DNA of 64,000 nucleotides from contig DYJS01000001.1 of NCBI GenBank assembly GCA_020723005.1, forward strand, positions 25,951 through 89,950, in the 5' to 3' direction. Within the stretch, counting starts at the first letter, position 1. Every line of letters begins with the position of its first letter. This document shows, piece by piece, positions 1 to 9,054 of the stretch. This DNA is from Candidatus Methylomirabilis sp. (GTDB lineage: Bacteria; Patescibacteriota; DYJS01). A model generated the notes under the pieces. The model was not told the origin of the DNA. It worked only from the letters and a program-made list of their open reading frames with translations, and did not search any database. The position numbers and the translations under genes were made by a program.

Positions 1-273
1 AGTGGAGTTTTGAATGGTGCTTTTAAAATAAAAAGTAATTTAGTTAGTTTGTCGGGTGGTTATATTTCAACAGTATTGGTTTTGGCTGGAGTTTTAGCGG
101 TTGTGTATATTATGATTGCAGGATTTAATTATTTAACATCTGCAGGAGACGATGGAAAGGCAAAAAAAGCAAAAGAAGGTTTGAGATCAGCAATTTTTGG
201 ATTGATTTATATTCTTCTTGCATATGGAATTGTTCGGTTAGTGAGACTTGTTTTGACAGGTTCACCAACATAA
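1..273 (+). CDS. VirB2/TrbC-like pilin-family small membrane protein, probably 5'-truncated by the window edge
   Basis: Two hydrophobic helices flank an AGDDGKAKKAKE loop, the same layout as the next two ORFs (GGDEKKVE-AKK). The ORF opens with TTG at position 10 and the frame stays open back to base 1. Confidence 0.5.
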   Translation, partial: SGVLNGAFKIKSNLVSLSGGYISTVLVLAGVLAVVYIMIAGFNYLTSAGDDGKAKKAKEGLRSAIFGLIYILLAYGIVRLVRLVLTGSPT

Positions 274-311
274 TTTTGTTAATTAAAATTTTTTATTATT
301 AATTTTTTAAT

Positions 312-620
312 ATGTTTAATATAAAGAAAGTTTTTTCAGCAACAAAACCACCAGCAGTTAATCTAAATAAAAATGGTGATTTTAATTGGACAAATATCTG
401 GACAGAGCTTCCTGATATGATTTCAGTTGTTTTGACGGTAGTTGGTGTTTTAGTTGTGATTTATTTGATTATGGGTGGTTTTAGATATATTACTGCTGGA
501 GGAGACGAAAAGAAAGTTGAGGTAGCGAAGAAAACAATTACAAATGCTATTATAGGTTTGATTGTTATTTTATTGGCATTTGCAATTATGCAAGGTGTAA
601 ATTCGTTAATTCAAGGTTAA
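312..620 (+). CDS. VirB2/TrbC-like pilin-family small membrane protein (paralog 2 of 3)
   Basis: Shares VLVVIYLIxGGFxYITAGGDEKKVEVAKK...IIGLIVILLAF with its neighbours. It has two TM helices and is a small tandem paralog. Confidence 0.55.
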   Translation: MFNIKKVFSATKPPAVNLNKNGDFNWTNIWTELPDMISVVLTVVGVLVVIYLIMGGFRYITAGGDEKKVEVAKKTITNAIIGLIVILLAFAIMQGVNSLIQG

Positions 621-624
621 TTGA

Positions 625-1200
625 ATGATAAAATTATTTGCAAAGCAGGTAAATGACAATAGTTTTGGATTAGGTAGTGTATTTTCTATTAAAGATATAT
701 GGCAATCTATTCCAGATTTCATATCAACAGCTATAATGTTGGCTGGAGTTTTGGTTGTAATATATTTGATAATTGCAGGTTTTCAATATTTATCATCTGG
801 AGGAGATGAGAAAAAAGTTGAGATTGCAAAGAAAAATATAAATTTCAGCATAACTGGACTTGTAATAGTTTTATTTTCATATGCACTTGTTAATGGATTG
901 ATGAGCTTACTTGGAACAAGACCTATGGACAATGGAGATGATACAATTTTTGAATTAAAGGTTTCGGTTGATAACTGTCCACCACAAACAGATATTATAA
1001 GATTTTCTTTTTCTGGTGGGTCTGGAACAAAGTATAGTCAATGTATTTTCTCTTCTAGTAAAGGATCAACAGGTTGGAAAGATTGTCTAGGTGGTTCTTT
1101 TGACACAGAGGGATTAATTGCAGATGATGGAACAGATGAATTTTATATTAAAGCATCTGATTCAGCAGGTCAAACTGCTCTTGATAGTTGTGTTTGGTAA
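625..1200 (+). CDS. VirB2/TrbC-like pilin-family protein with a Cys-containing C-terminal extension (paralog 3 of 3)
   Basis: Same N-terminal two-helix core (VLVVIYLIIAGFQYLSSGGDEKKVEIAKK), followed by about 100 extra residues with 4 Cys (DNCPPQ...C...C...C). Confidence 0.55.
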   Translation: MIKLFAKQVNDNSFGLGSVFSIKDIWQSIPDFISTAIMLAGVLVVIYLIIAGFQYLSSGGDEKKVEIAKKNINFSITGLVIVLFSYALVNGLMSLLGTRPMDNGDDTIFELKVSVDNCPPQTDIIRFSFSGGSGTKYSQCIFSSSKGSTGWKDCLGGSFDTEGLIADDGTDEFYIKASDSAGQTALDSCVW

Positions 1201-1220
1201 TATTTATAGATAGTTTAAAA

Positions 1221-1259
1221 AAATGAAATTGATAAATTTTGTCAATTTCATTTTTTTTA
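1221..1259 (+). terminator. Rho-independent terminator
   Basis: Inverted repeat atgaaattga / tcaatttcat around a taaatttt loop, followed by a T9 run, right after the pilin-like triplet. Confidence 0.5.
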
Positions 1260-1350
1260 TTATTTACCTATATTTTTGAAATTTTGTGTTATAAAATATT
1301 TATGTTGCAATTTTATAAAACTTTAATAGAAATAAAAGGAATTAAAAATT

Positions 1351-2064
1351 ATGAATATTGGTAAAGTTAAACAAATTTTTCTTTGGTTTACAGTTTCTAT
1401 GTTTCTTTTTTTCTCAATCTTAATTTCAATATTAATTATGTTTGTTGGTTTTAATAATATTGCTCAGAAAGCTCTAACAACGGTTTTAACAACATCTGTT
1501 CATATGATCATATTTTTTGGTTTTATGATTAAAAGAGAAAAGGATTCTTATTTTTCAAAATTTTATTTATTTTTAAATACAACATTTTTTTTAATAATTA
1601 TAAGTATGATTGTTTCGGTTTTTTCTGTTTGGGGTTTATTAGATTCGTTTTTTGTAGAGAAATTTTACAAATTTTTTATTATTGTTTCAATAAACTCATT
1701 ATATATTGATGTTTTATTAAAACTTTTAGGAAGAAACTTTTTAATAAATACAATAATTTATATAAATATTTTTTCTTCATTAATTTTGAATATTTTGCTA
1801 CAAATATATGTTTTCCATTCAAATTATAATAACGATTTACCTGAGCTTTTTTTTCGTTTTCTAGCTTCAATTTCAATAATTAATTTTGCTCTTACAACAT
1901 CTGCAATTTTTATTTACAAAACATTTGCTCTTTCTCATAAAACAAAAGATGAAGATTTTGAGTTTGATAGTTTGGTAGAGCATTATTTTAAATTGCAAAA
2001 TTTTTTTTGGATTTTTATTTATATATTTTTGTTAATTGGTTTTTTAAATTCTATTTTAAATTGA
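1351..2064 (+). CDS. Polytopic membrane protein, function unknown
   Basis: 237 aa, very hydrophobic with multiple predicted TM segments. It ends in TGA. Confidence 0.4.
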   Translation: MNIGKVKQIFLWFTVSMFLFFSILISILIMFVGFNNIAQKALTTVLTTSVHMIIFFGFMIKREKDSYFSKFYLFLNTTFFLIIISMIVSVFSVWGLLDSFFVEKFYKFFIIVSINSLYIDVLLKLLGRNFLINTIIYINIFSSLILNILLQIYVFHSNYNNDLPELFFRFLASISIINFALTTSAIFIYKTFALSHKTKDEDFEFDSLVEHYFKLQNFFWIFIYIFLLIGFLNSILN

Positions 2065-2132
2065 GAGTTTTACTATTGAATTGAAAGATTTTTTTGTAAA
2101 TTTTTTTGAAGAAGTTTTAATTTTTTGGTTTT

Positions 2133-2560
2133 TTAAATAAATTCGCAATTTTCTAAAAATTTTAAATCTCTAGGAATGATATAATTTTTATGTTCAAAAC
2201 TATTTGGTTCTGAGTTTTTTAACAAATTGATCGTTTCAGAAAAATCAACCCACAAAAGTTTAAATCCATCATCAATTTCTCTTTGTTTCAAATAGCTTTC
2301 TTTTTTCTTAATAACTTTTGCAAAGTAACAATATGAAACCTGTAAAAGTTCGCAAAACTTTCTCTATTCAACAATTTTTCCAATTTCACCTAAGGCTTCA
2401 ATTTCACAACCTGTTTCTTCAGGATATTCTCTCTTCAGGGCTTTTTCATTTGTTTCTTCTTTATCAATTCCTCCACATGGAAGCTTGAAAGAATTTTTCT
2501 TTTCAACTTTCATAATTGCAATTTTCCGTTTTCATCTTGCAAAATTGTTCGTGATGTAAA
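2133..2560 (-). pseudogene. NUDIX hydrolase pseudogene interrupted by an in-frame TAG
   Basis: The reverse-strand translation reads ...DENGKIAIMKVEKKNSFKLPCGGIDKEETNEKALKREYPEETGCEIEALGEIGKIVE*RKFCELL...EFI*. This is a canonical Nudix box (GX5EX7REUXEEXGU). The TAG is at complement(2364..2366) and the frame stays open for about 75 more codons. The ORF track has no ORF here. Confidence 0.5.
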
Positions 2561-2653
2561 TCTTGTTTTCCAATTATTTACATTTTTCTCCGATGTATTT
2601 TCTGGATTTAAAAGCAAAATCTGTTTCGTTTTTAAAATTTAATTTACAAAATT

Positions 2654-3727
2654 TTAAGTTGTTGGGTCGTCTTCTTCTTCCAAAATTTTCTCATCTATAT
2701 TTTGAGAGTTTTTCCCTTCTATGAGTGAGATTTTTTCTCTTTCAAAGCCATCTAAAATTATTGTGTTTATGTTCCCACGAATTTTGACAGAAGATTCATA
2801 ATCTTGTGTTATAATATAGAAAATTGCAAAAATTTTAAAACTTTTTTCTCCAATCTCTTTCAAAGATACAATAATTTCGTCTTCGTTATTTTTTATTCCA
2901 GCAGTTTTAATTGCCTGAAAAATAATTTTTTTTGCAAGTTTAATTTTATCTTTTGGTGTGTCTAGTGGAAGGTTAAAAACCCATTCAACCCTTCTTTTTG
3001 CTCTTCTCCCAAGATTTGCGATCACACGAGCTTGAATCTCTGCATTTGGAATAATCATCTCTTCTCCAGTTTTTCCAATAATTCGTGTGCTACGAAGCCC
3101 AATCTGTTTTACAATTCCTTCAACTCCAATCGGAAACATAAAAAGTTTAATATAATCTCCAACTTCAAACATATCGTCTGTAACAATAGAAATTGTTCCA
3201 AACATATTTGAGAAAGTTTGCTGAGAAGCAATAGCAATTGCTAAACCACCAACCCCAAGACTTGCAATTATTGATGATGTGTTCACACCATATTTTTCTA
3301 AAACAAAAATAATAAAAACAATATACAAAACCATTATTATGAGTTTTTCAATTATTGGCAAAAAAGAGTTATCAACTTTTGATTTTGTTCGAACTGCTTT
3401 TGGTAAAAGATATAAATTGATAAAACTTTGAATTAAAATTTTTATTATAAAAAGCCACAAAATTCCAATAAAAATGTCATGCAATAAATCTAAGTTTGTA
3501 GTTGAAAAAGTTTTTAGTTTTTCCAAAATTTTTAAAAAACTTGCAGACATAAGGTAGAAAAAAAGAATTTTTCCAATTGAAACAAAGATATTTTTCCAAA
3601 ATTCTGTATCTTTTAATTTTTCAAGAATTTTTTTCCATTGTCCAAAAATAATAAAAAATGCTAACGAACCAACAAAAAAAAGCACAAGATCAAAATTTTG
3701 TAAAGATGAAATATAATTTTCTATCAT
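2654..3727 (-). CDS. mscS: Small-conductance mechanosensitive channel, MscS family
   Basis: N-terminal TM helices, then the conserved MscS core ...GKTGEEMIIPNAEIQARVIANLGRRAKRRVEWVFNLPLDT... Confidence 0.85.
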   Translation of the reverse strand: MIENYISSLQNFDLVLFFVGSLAFFIIFGQWKKILEKLKDTEFWKNIFVSIGKILFFYLMSASFLKILEKLKTFSTTNLDLLHDIFIGILWLFIIKILIQSFINLYLLPKAVRTKSKVDNSFLPIIEKLIIMVLYIVFIIFVLEKYGVNTSSIIASLGVGGLAIAIASQQTFSNMFGTISIVTDDMFEVGDYIKLFMFPIGVEGIVKQIGLRSTRIIGKTGEEMIIPNAEIQARVIANLGRRAKRRVEWVFNLPLDTPKDKIKLAKKIIFQAIKTAGIKNNEDEIIVSLKEIGEKSFKIFAIFYIITQDYESSVKIRGNINTIILDGFEREKISLIEGKNSQNIDEKILEEEDDPTT

Positions 3728-3969
3728 TTTCCAAGATTAGTGATTGGAAAAAAAACTACAGGATTTAGAGATTTAATCTCTAAACTTGTGAAACATTCTG
3801 GACATTCAATATAATCCCCAACTTTATAATCAGAATCTACTGGAAAAATTGTTTCACAAGCAGGGCAGGTTGCAAGGTTGTTTTGAATTTTATCATCACC
3901 TTTTTTTATATTTTTTTTATCTGTTTTAGATTTTTTTTGATTTAATTTTGACATTAATTTAATTTGCAA
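3724..3969 (-). CDS. Small lysine-rich zinc-ribbon protein, translationally coupled to MscS
   Basis: CPAC...x15...CPEC zinc ribbon, reminiscent of LysW but lacking its acidic EDWGE tail. A 4-nt ATGA overlap joins it to the downstream MscS gene. Confidence 0.5.
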   Translation of the reverse strand: MQIKLMSKLNQKKSKTDKKNIKKGDDKIQNNLATCPACETIFPVDSDYKVGDYIECPECFTSLEIKSLNPVVFFPITNLGK

Positions 3970-4160
3970 TTGAAAGTTAGAAAAAATAAAAAATTTTGGA
4001 AAGTTTTTAAAGAATTTTGAAAATATAAATAGATTATTTTGTTAAAAAGAATTTTTGTAAAATGGAATCAGAAAATTAAAAACGAAGATAAAATTTATAA
4101 AAATAGAATTATCTTTTTAAATAAAGCTTGTTTTGAAAAAAATATTAAAAATTTGAAAAT

Positions 4161-5243
4161 ATGAATTTGCAAGATTTTTACAATGAAAAAGAATTGGGAA
4201 TTTGGCGATGGAAAAAGTTTTTTTTAAAAATTCCAAACATTAAACTTTCACTTGATGAAGGAAATACAAGGCTTGAAAAATATAATTTTTTAGGAAGAGA
4301 TTTTTTTGTTAAAAGAGAAGATCAAAATCCCGCTGGTTCGCATAAAATACGAGGAATTGCATATCAAATTTCAACAGAAATTCAAAATTTACAAGAGAAA
4401 AATCAGAATTTAGATTTTACAATCTCTACAAGTGGAAATGCTGGAGTAGCAATTAGTGAAATTTTGAGAAAATTTAATGATGAGATTTTAGAAAAAAAAA
4501 GTTTTTTACTTAAAAACCCAATAAAATTTTTTGTGTTTGTTCCAAAATTTATTGAGGAGCGAAAACTTACAGAGATGGGAAAAAACCCAAACTGCATAAT
4601 TAAAATTTCTGATGAACCAAAAAAGGAGAGTTTGATTTTAGAGAAAGAGGGAAGAGCAAAATCACTTCGTCAATCAACCTCAGAATTTGCAACAGAAGGA
4701 TTTAAAACTTTAGCTTTTGAAATTTTTGAAGATTTTCCAAATGTAGAAAATATATTTTTTCCAGTTAGTTCTGGAACAAGTATGCTAGGCACTTTTTATG
4801 GATTTTTAGATTTACGAAAATTGGGAATTGTTCAGAAAATCCCAAATTTTTTTGCGGTTCAAACAACGAAAGTTTTTCCAATAGTGAAGGAATTTTTGGA
4901 AATTCAAAATTTACAAGAGAAAAATCAAAATAATATAAAAATAAAAAATTTTTTGTCTGAAATTTTTCCTGAGGAAAATCATCCAGCGAGTGCAATTTCT
5001 GATTATATTTGTTATAGAAAAAAAGAGATTTTTGATGAGATTCGAAACTTGGAAAATAAAAATCAAAATGGATTTTTTGCAATGGCAATTTCTACTTTTG
5101 AAACGATTGAAGCAAGAAAAATTTTGGAAGAAAAATTTGGTTTATTTGTAAGCTACGAATCTGCATTAACTTTTTCTGCTTGGCAAAAATCTGAAATGCC
5201 GAAAAATTCCGTTTTAATTTCAAGTGGAGCAAAAAATTTATAA
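4161..5243 (+). CDS. PLP-dependent enzyme of the threonine-synthase family (fold type II)
   Basis: LDEGNTRLEKY...FFVKREDQNPAGSHKIRG (PLP lysine) and TISTSGNAGVAIS match the threonine-synthase N-domain motifs. It carries lineage-specific low-complexity inserts EIQNLQEKNQN twice. Confidence 0.6.
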   Translation: MNLQDFYNEKELGIWRWKKFFLKIPNIKLSLDEGNTRLEKYNFLGRDFFVKREDQNPAGSHKIRGIAYQISTEIQNLQEKNQNLDFTISTSGNAGVAISEILRKFNDEILEKKSFLLKNPIKFFVFVPKFIEERKLTEMGKNPNCIIKISDEPKKESLILEKEGRAKSLRQSTSEFATEGFKTLAFEIFEDFPNVENIFFPVSSGTSMLGTFYGFLDLRKLGIVQKIPNFFAVQTTKVFPIVKEFLEIQNLQEKNQNNIKIKNFLSEIFPEENHPASAISDYICYRKKEIFDEIRNLENKNQNGFFAMAISTFETIEARKILEEKFGLFVSYESALTFSAWQKSEMPKNSVLISSGAKNL

Positions 5244-5317
5244 ATTATCCAGTTTCAAACTTTTCATTTGTTTTTTTCTCTGTCTTTTTTTAGAGTTTCT
5301 TTGAAAATTTTTAGAAA

Positions 5318-5881
5318 ATGATTTTTGCACATATACCAATTGGTTACATTGAATCAAAAATTATTCCAAAAGAGAAGAGAAGTTTTTGGAAAATTTTTGC
5401 AATTATTGTTGGAAACTTTTTGCCAGATTTAGATTTTTCAATTGTGATTCTTGGAGCTTTTTTTGGAAAAACTTTTCAGCACAGAATGTTTATTACACAT
5501 ACACCAATTTTTTGGTTATCAATATTTTTTATCTCAAAATTTTTTTTAAAGTTCTTAAAAATTTCAGAAAAAAAGAAAAAAACAATTTTAGAGATTTTTC
5601 AAATTCTTCTTATTGGAGTTTTTTCTCATCTATTTTTTGATTCAATCTTCACAAATATCGGAATTAGATGGCTTTTTCCTTTTTCAAATCAGTTGTTTGA
5701 ATTTCCGTTAAAAAGCGATTCTCTTTTAAATGTAGATTGGACAAAAAATTATTTTGCAACACTTTTTCGATTAGAGCTTGTTTTTGTTTTTATTTTTTTT
5801 GTAATTTTCTTTTTTGATATTTTATCTTGTTACAAATCAAATTTTTGTTTCTTTTTCAAATCAAAAAAACTTAAAAAATAA
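5318..5881 (+). CDS. Membrane-bound metal-dependent hydrolase, YdjM/DUF457 family
   Basis: Pattern HIPIG...LPDLD...HRMFITHTP...SHLFFDS...RWLFPFS matches the DUF457 His/Asp motifs. Confidence 0.55.
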   Translation: MIFAHIPIGYIESKIIPKEKRSFWKIFAIIVGNFLPDLDFSIVILGAFFGKTFQHRMFITHTPIFWLSIFFISKFFLKFLKISEKKKKTILEIFQILLIGVFSHLFFDSIFTNIGIRWLFPFSNQLFEFPLKSDSLLNVDWTKNYFATLFRLELVFVFIFFVIFFFDILSCYKSNFCFFFKSKKLKK

Positions 5882-5890
5882 ATTTTAGAT

Positions 5891-7486
5891 ATGAAAAATT
5901 TTTTATTTCGAATTTTCTTAATTTTTTCCTTTTTCTTTCCTTTCTCTTTTGAAAATAAAAAAAGTTTTGCGGAAGTTCAAAATTTTAAAAATTCAAAAGA
6001 GATTCGTTTGGGATTTGTTTACACGAAAGATTCAATAGATTCAATTGACAAATCTTTGAAAGCTTCTCAAAATTTTTTGAATGCAATTTCTCCAACATAT
6101 TACACAGTTCAAAAAAATGGTGTTGTCGAAAACGGAGAGATCTCTGAGATTACAGAAAAAATACGATCATATGGATTTAAAATTTATCCACGATTTAAAA
6201 ATTCTGAACAATTTGCAAATTTTGATGAATTTTTTTGGAATTCAGAATATCAAAAAAATGCAATTTCAAATATAAAAAATTTTACAGAAGGTTTTGACGG
6301 AGTAAATTTGGATTTTGAAGGCTTAAAAAAAGATCAGAAAGATAATTTTTCAAATTTTGTTTGTAATTTAAAAAGAGAGCTTGGAGATAAAATTTTGCAA
6401 GTTGATGTGATTTCAAAAAATGAATCTGTTGGAAATTCTTGGAGTGGAATTTATGATTATAAAAAACTTGGAGAATGTAGTGATTTTGTTTTGATTATGG
6501 CATATGATATGATTACTCCAAACAATAAAATTCCACAACCTTCTGCTCCAATTTGGTGGGTTGATAGTGTTGTGAATTATGCAAAATCAGAGATTTCTTC
6601 TGAAAAAATTATCTTAGGAACTCCTTTTTACGGAATTAGATGGAATTTAAAAACTTTAAAAGGAAGGGTTGTAAATTTTTCAGATGTGATGAATGATTTG
6701 GCAAATTCAAAGTCAAAGTGGGAAACTTTTGATAAAAATTCTGGAACTCAGTTTGCTCAATACACTTTGAATTCTGGAGAACAATTTGCAACTTGGTACG
6801 AAAACAATGCAACAGCAAAAGCTCGTTTTGAAATTTTTACAAAACACAATCTTGGTGGAATTGGTTTTTGGAGACTTACTCAGGAGGATTTTGCAACTTG
6901 GAATGGTTTTTTTGATTATGAATTTATTTCTCAGACAAAAACTTTCATCTCAATGAAACCGAACGAAACGAAAGAGGTTTTTGTTGAATTAAAAAATAGA
7001 GGTTCAAATATCTGGAAAAAAGGAGAATTTAAGCTTGGAACAACAAATAATCGAGACAGAATCTCTCTTTTCCTTTCAAAAAATAGAGTTGAAATTCCTA
7101 AAGATATTCTTCCAAACGAAACGATAAAAATTCCAATTCTTTTGAAAGCTCCAAATTATGAAGGAAGTTTTAAAGAGTATTTTTCTCCAGTTGTAGAAAA
7201 CAGATTTTGGCTTAAAGATATTGGAATTCATTTTGTTATTTTTGTTTCTACAGATGGCAACTCTTCCTGTTGTTCAATTTCTGAAAACAGTGAAAAAATT
7301 TTTATCTCTTCAGAAAAAAATAAACTTTTTGAATTGAAGATAAAAAATACAACAGATGAAGTTTGGAAAAAAGAAGATTTTTTTCTTTCTAATCCAGCAG
7401 ATGAAAATGAAAAATTGCAAATGGTTGAAAACGAGGTTTTGCCAAATGAATTTGCAACTTTTTTGATGAAAACTTCAAAAATGTAG
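5891..7486 (+). CDS. Secreted glycoside hydrolase family 18 (chitinase/peptidoglycan hydrolase-like)
   Basis: N-terminal signal peptide. The GH18 catalytic motif FDGVNLDFEG (DGxDxDxE) is present, plus MAYD and a long C-terminal domain. Confidence 0.75.
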   Translation: MKNFLFRIFLIFSFFFPFSFENKKSFAEVQNFKNSKEIRLGFVYTKDSIDSIDKSLKASQNFLNAISPTYYTVQKNGVVENGEISEITEKIRSYGFKIYPRFKNSEQFANFDEFFWNSEYQKNAISNIKNFTEGFDGVNLDFEGLKKDQKDNFSNFVCNLKRELGDKILQVDVISKNESVGNSWSGIYDYKKLGECSDFVLIMAYDMITPNNKIPQPSAPIWWVDSVVNYAKSEISSEKIILGTPFYGIRWNLKTLKGRVVNFSDVMNDLANSKSKWETFDKNSGTQFAQYTLNSGEQFATWYENNATAKARFEIFTKHNLGGIGFWRLTQEDFATWNGFFDYEFISQTKTFISMKPNETKEVFVELKNRGSNIWKKGEFKLGTTNNRDRISLFLSKNRVEIPKDILPNETIKIPILLKAPNYEGSFKEYFSPVVENRFWLKDIGIHFVIFVSTDGNSSCCSISENSEKIFISSEKNKLFELKIKNTTDEVWKKEDFFLSNPADENEKLQMVENEVLPNEFATFLMKTSKM

Positions 7487-7599
7487 ATTAAAAATTTGTT
7501 TGTATATTTAATAAATTTTTTAGAAAATTGTATACAAAGAAATTATTGAAGAAAAAAAAAATTATTTTAGAAAACAATTGATTTTATTAAAAATTTAAT

Positions 7600-8076
7600 A
7601 TGGCACCAAAACAAGATCAAATAATTATTACAGAAGAAGAGAAAAAAAGGCTTGAAGAAGAAATTTTATTTTTAGATACAAAAAAAAGACTAGAAATAGC
7701 AGCTCAAATTAAAAAGGCTGCTGAGTTTGGTGATGTTTCAGAAAATCAACTATATACAGATTTGAAAAGTCAGATGGATATGTTAGATGTTCAAATTTCT
7801 GATCTAAAAAATACATTAAAAAATGCAAAAGTTGTAAGAGTTAAAAATGTTAAAGGAATTATCAATATTAACGACACAATAACCGTTCAATTTGAAGATG
7901 GAGAAAAAGATACTTTCCAAGTTGTTGGCTCAACAAATGCAAATCCTTTAGAGAAAAAATACTCATCAGCTTCTCCAATTGGTCAAGCTGTTATTGGGAA
8001 AAAAGTTGGAGATTTTTCTACATATACATCTGGATCAAGAGTTTTTAAGATTAAAATTCTTTCTATCGCAGATTAG
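7600..8076 (+). CDS. greA: Transcription elongation factor GreA
   Basis: N-terminal coiled coil with GDVSENQLY (GDxSENAEY motif). The C-terminal FKBP-like domain ends ...GSRVFKIKILSI. Confidence 0.85.
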   Translation: MAPKQDQIIITEEEKKRLEEEILFLDTKKRLEIAAQIKKAAEFGDVSENQLYTDLKSQMDMLDVQISDLKNTLKNAKVVRVKNVKGIININDTITVQFEDGEKDTFQVVGSTNANPLEKKYSSASPIGQAVIGKKVGDFSTYTSGSRVFKIKILSIAD

Positions 8077-8119
8077 TTTTTAATAAATTTTTTTGATATA
8101 AATTACAAATTTTCTTTTT

Positions 8120-9031
8120 TTATTTTGTGCTTTCAATTCTAACCCAAGTTTTTGCAAAATCTTTTTTTAGTACCTTCCTCTCCCAAAAAATTTTTATCCA
8201 CAGAAAAAGACGAGCAGGAAATAAAAGTGAGCTCCAAAAAAGCTCTTTTAAATTTTTTGCATAAGAAAATGGAAACCAAAAATATTTCAGTTCGTCAAAA
8301 AAGGTTCTTGTTTTTTTTGAATTTTTTAATACAAAAAAATTTTTTAGCTGAAGATAACCGCCAAGGGAACGAGCTTTTTGTTTATACCAATCAGATAAAT
8401 TTTTTGGATATTTGATGAAAACTTTTGAATTTTCAGAGTAAGAGATTTTTTTTCCAGATTCCAAAATTTTATATGATATGAAAGCATCGTCGCTTAAAAC
8501 TTCGGTTGGAATTTGAAAATTTGGTTTTCTAATAGCCATTAAATAGCCACTCATTGGAAAAAATTCATTTTTTTGAGATGAAATCGTTCTTTTATGGTTA
8601 GCAGACTCAGCGAGTAGATGGCCCCAATAGCCAAATATATTATTTTTTTCATCAATAGAAACTGGATGTCCAGAAACTCCACCAACATTTTCATCAGAAA
8701 ATTTTATAACTAAATTTTGTAAAGCATTTTTTCCCCAAAATGTGTCTCCATCACTTAAAATCCAAATTTCTCCTGTAGCTTTTTCAAATAAAAGTTTCAG
8801 TGCAGAAGGTTTTCCTTTCTGTTCGTCTTGAATGTGAATAAAATTTTGAAAATTATATTTTTCACAAACTTTTTCTGCAGAAATTTTCGTTTCCTTGTCT
8901 GGACAAGCAAGAAGAATTTCGATTTCGTAATTTTTATTTTTATAAATTTCTAATTCAAAAAGAATTGATTCAAAAAGTTTTTCAATTGTTTTTGGTTCTT
9001 TCCAAGCAGTGATAATAATTGAAATTTTCAT
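8120..9031 (-). CDS. Family 2 glycosyltransferase
   Basis: MKISIIITAWKEPKTIEKL... and SDGDTFW (the DxD region), a typical GT2 N-terminal fold. Confidence 0.75.
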   Translation of the reverse strand: MKISIIITAWKEPKTIEKLFESILFELEIYKNKNYEIEILLACPDKETKISAEKVCEKYNFQNFIHIQDEQKGKPSALKLLFEKATGEIWILSDGDTFWGKNALQNLVIKFSDENVGGVSGHPVSIDEKNNIFGYWGHLLAESANHKRTISSQKNEFFPMSGYLMAIRKPNFQIPTEVLSDDAFISYKILESGKKISYSENSKVFIKYPKNLSDWYKQKARSLGGYLQLKNFFVLKNSKKTRTFFDELKYFWFPFSYAKNLKELFWSSLLFPARLFLWIKIFWERKVLKKDFAKTWVRIESTK

Positions 9032-9054
9032 AGATTTTTTGCATAGATTTAATT

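Noticed and set aside
3724-3969. LysW (amino-group carrier protein) assignment for the small zinc-ribbon ORF
   Set aside because: The zinc ribbon resembles LysW, but the obligatory acidic C-terminal EDWGE tail is absent and no lysine or arginine biosynthesis genes are nearby. It is kept only as a generic zinc-ribbon protein.
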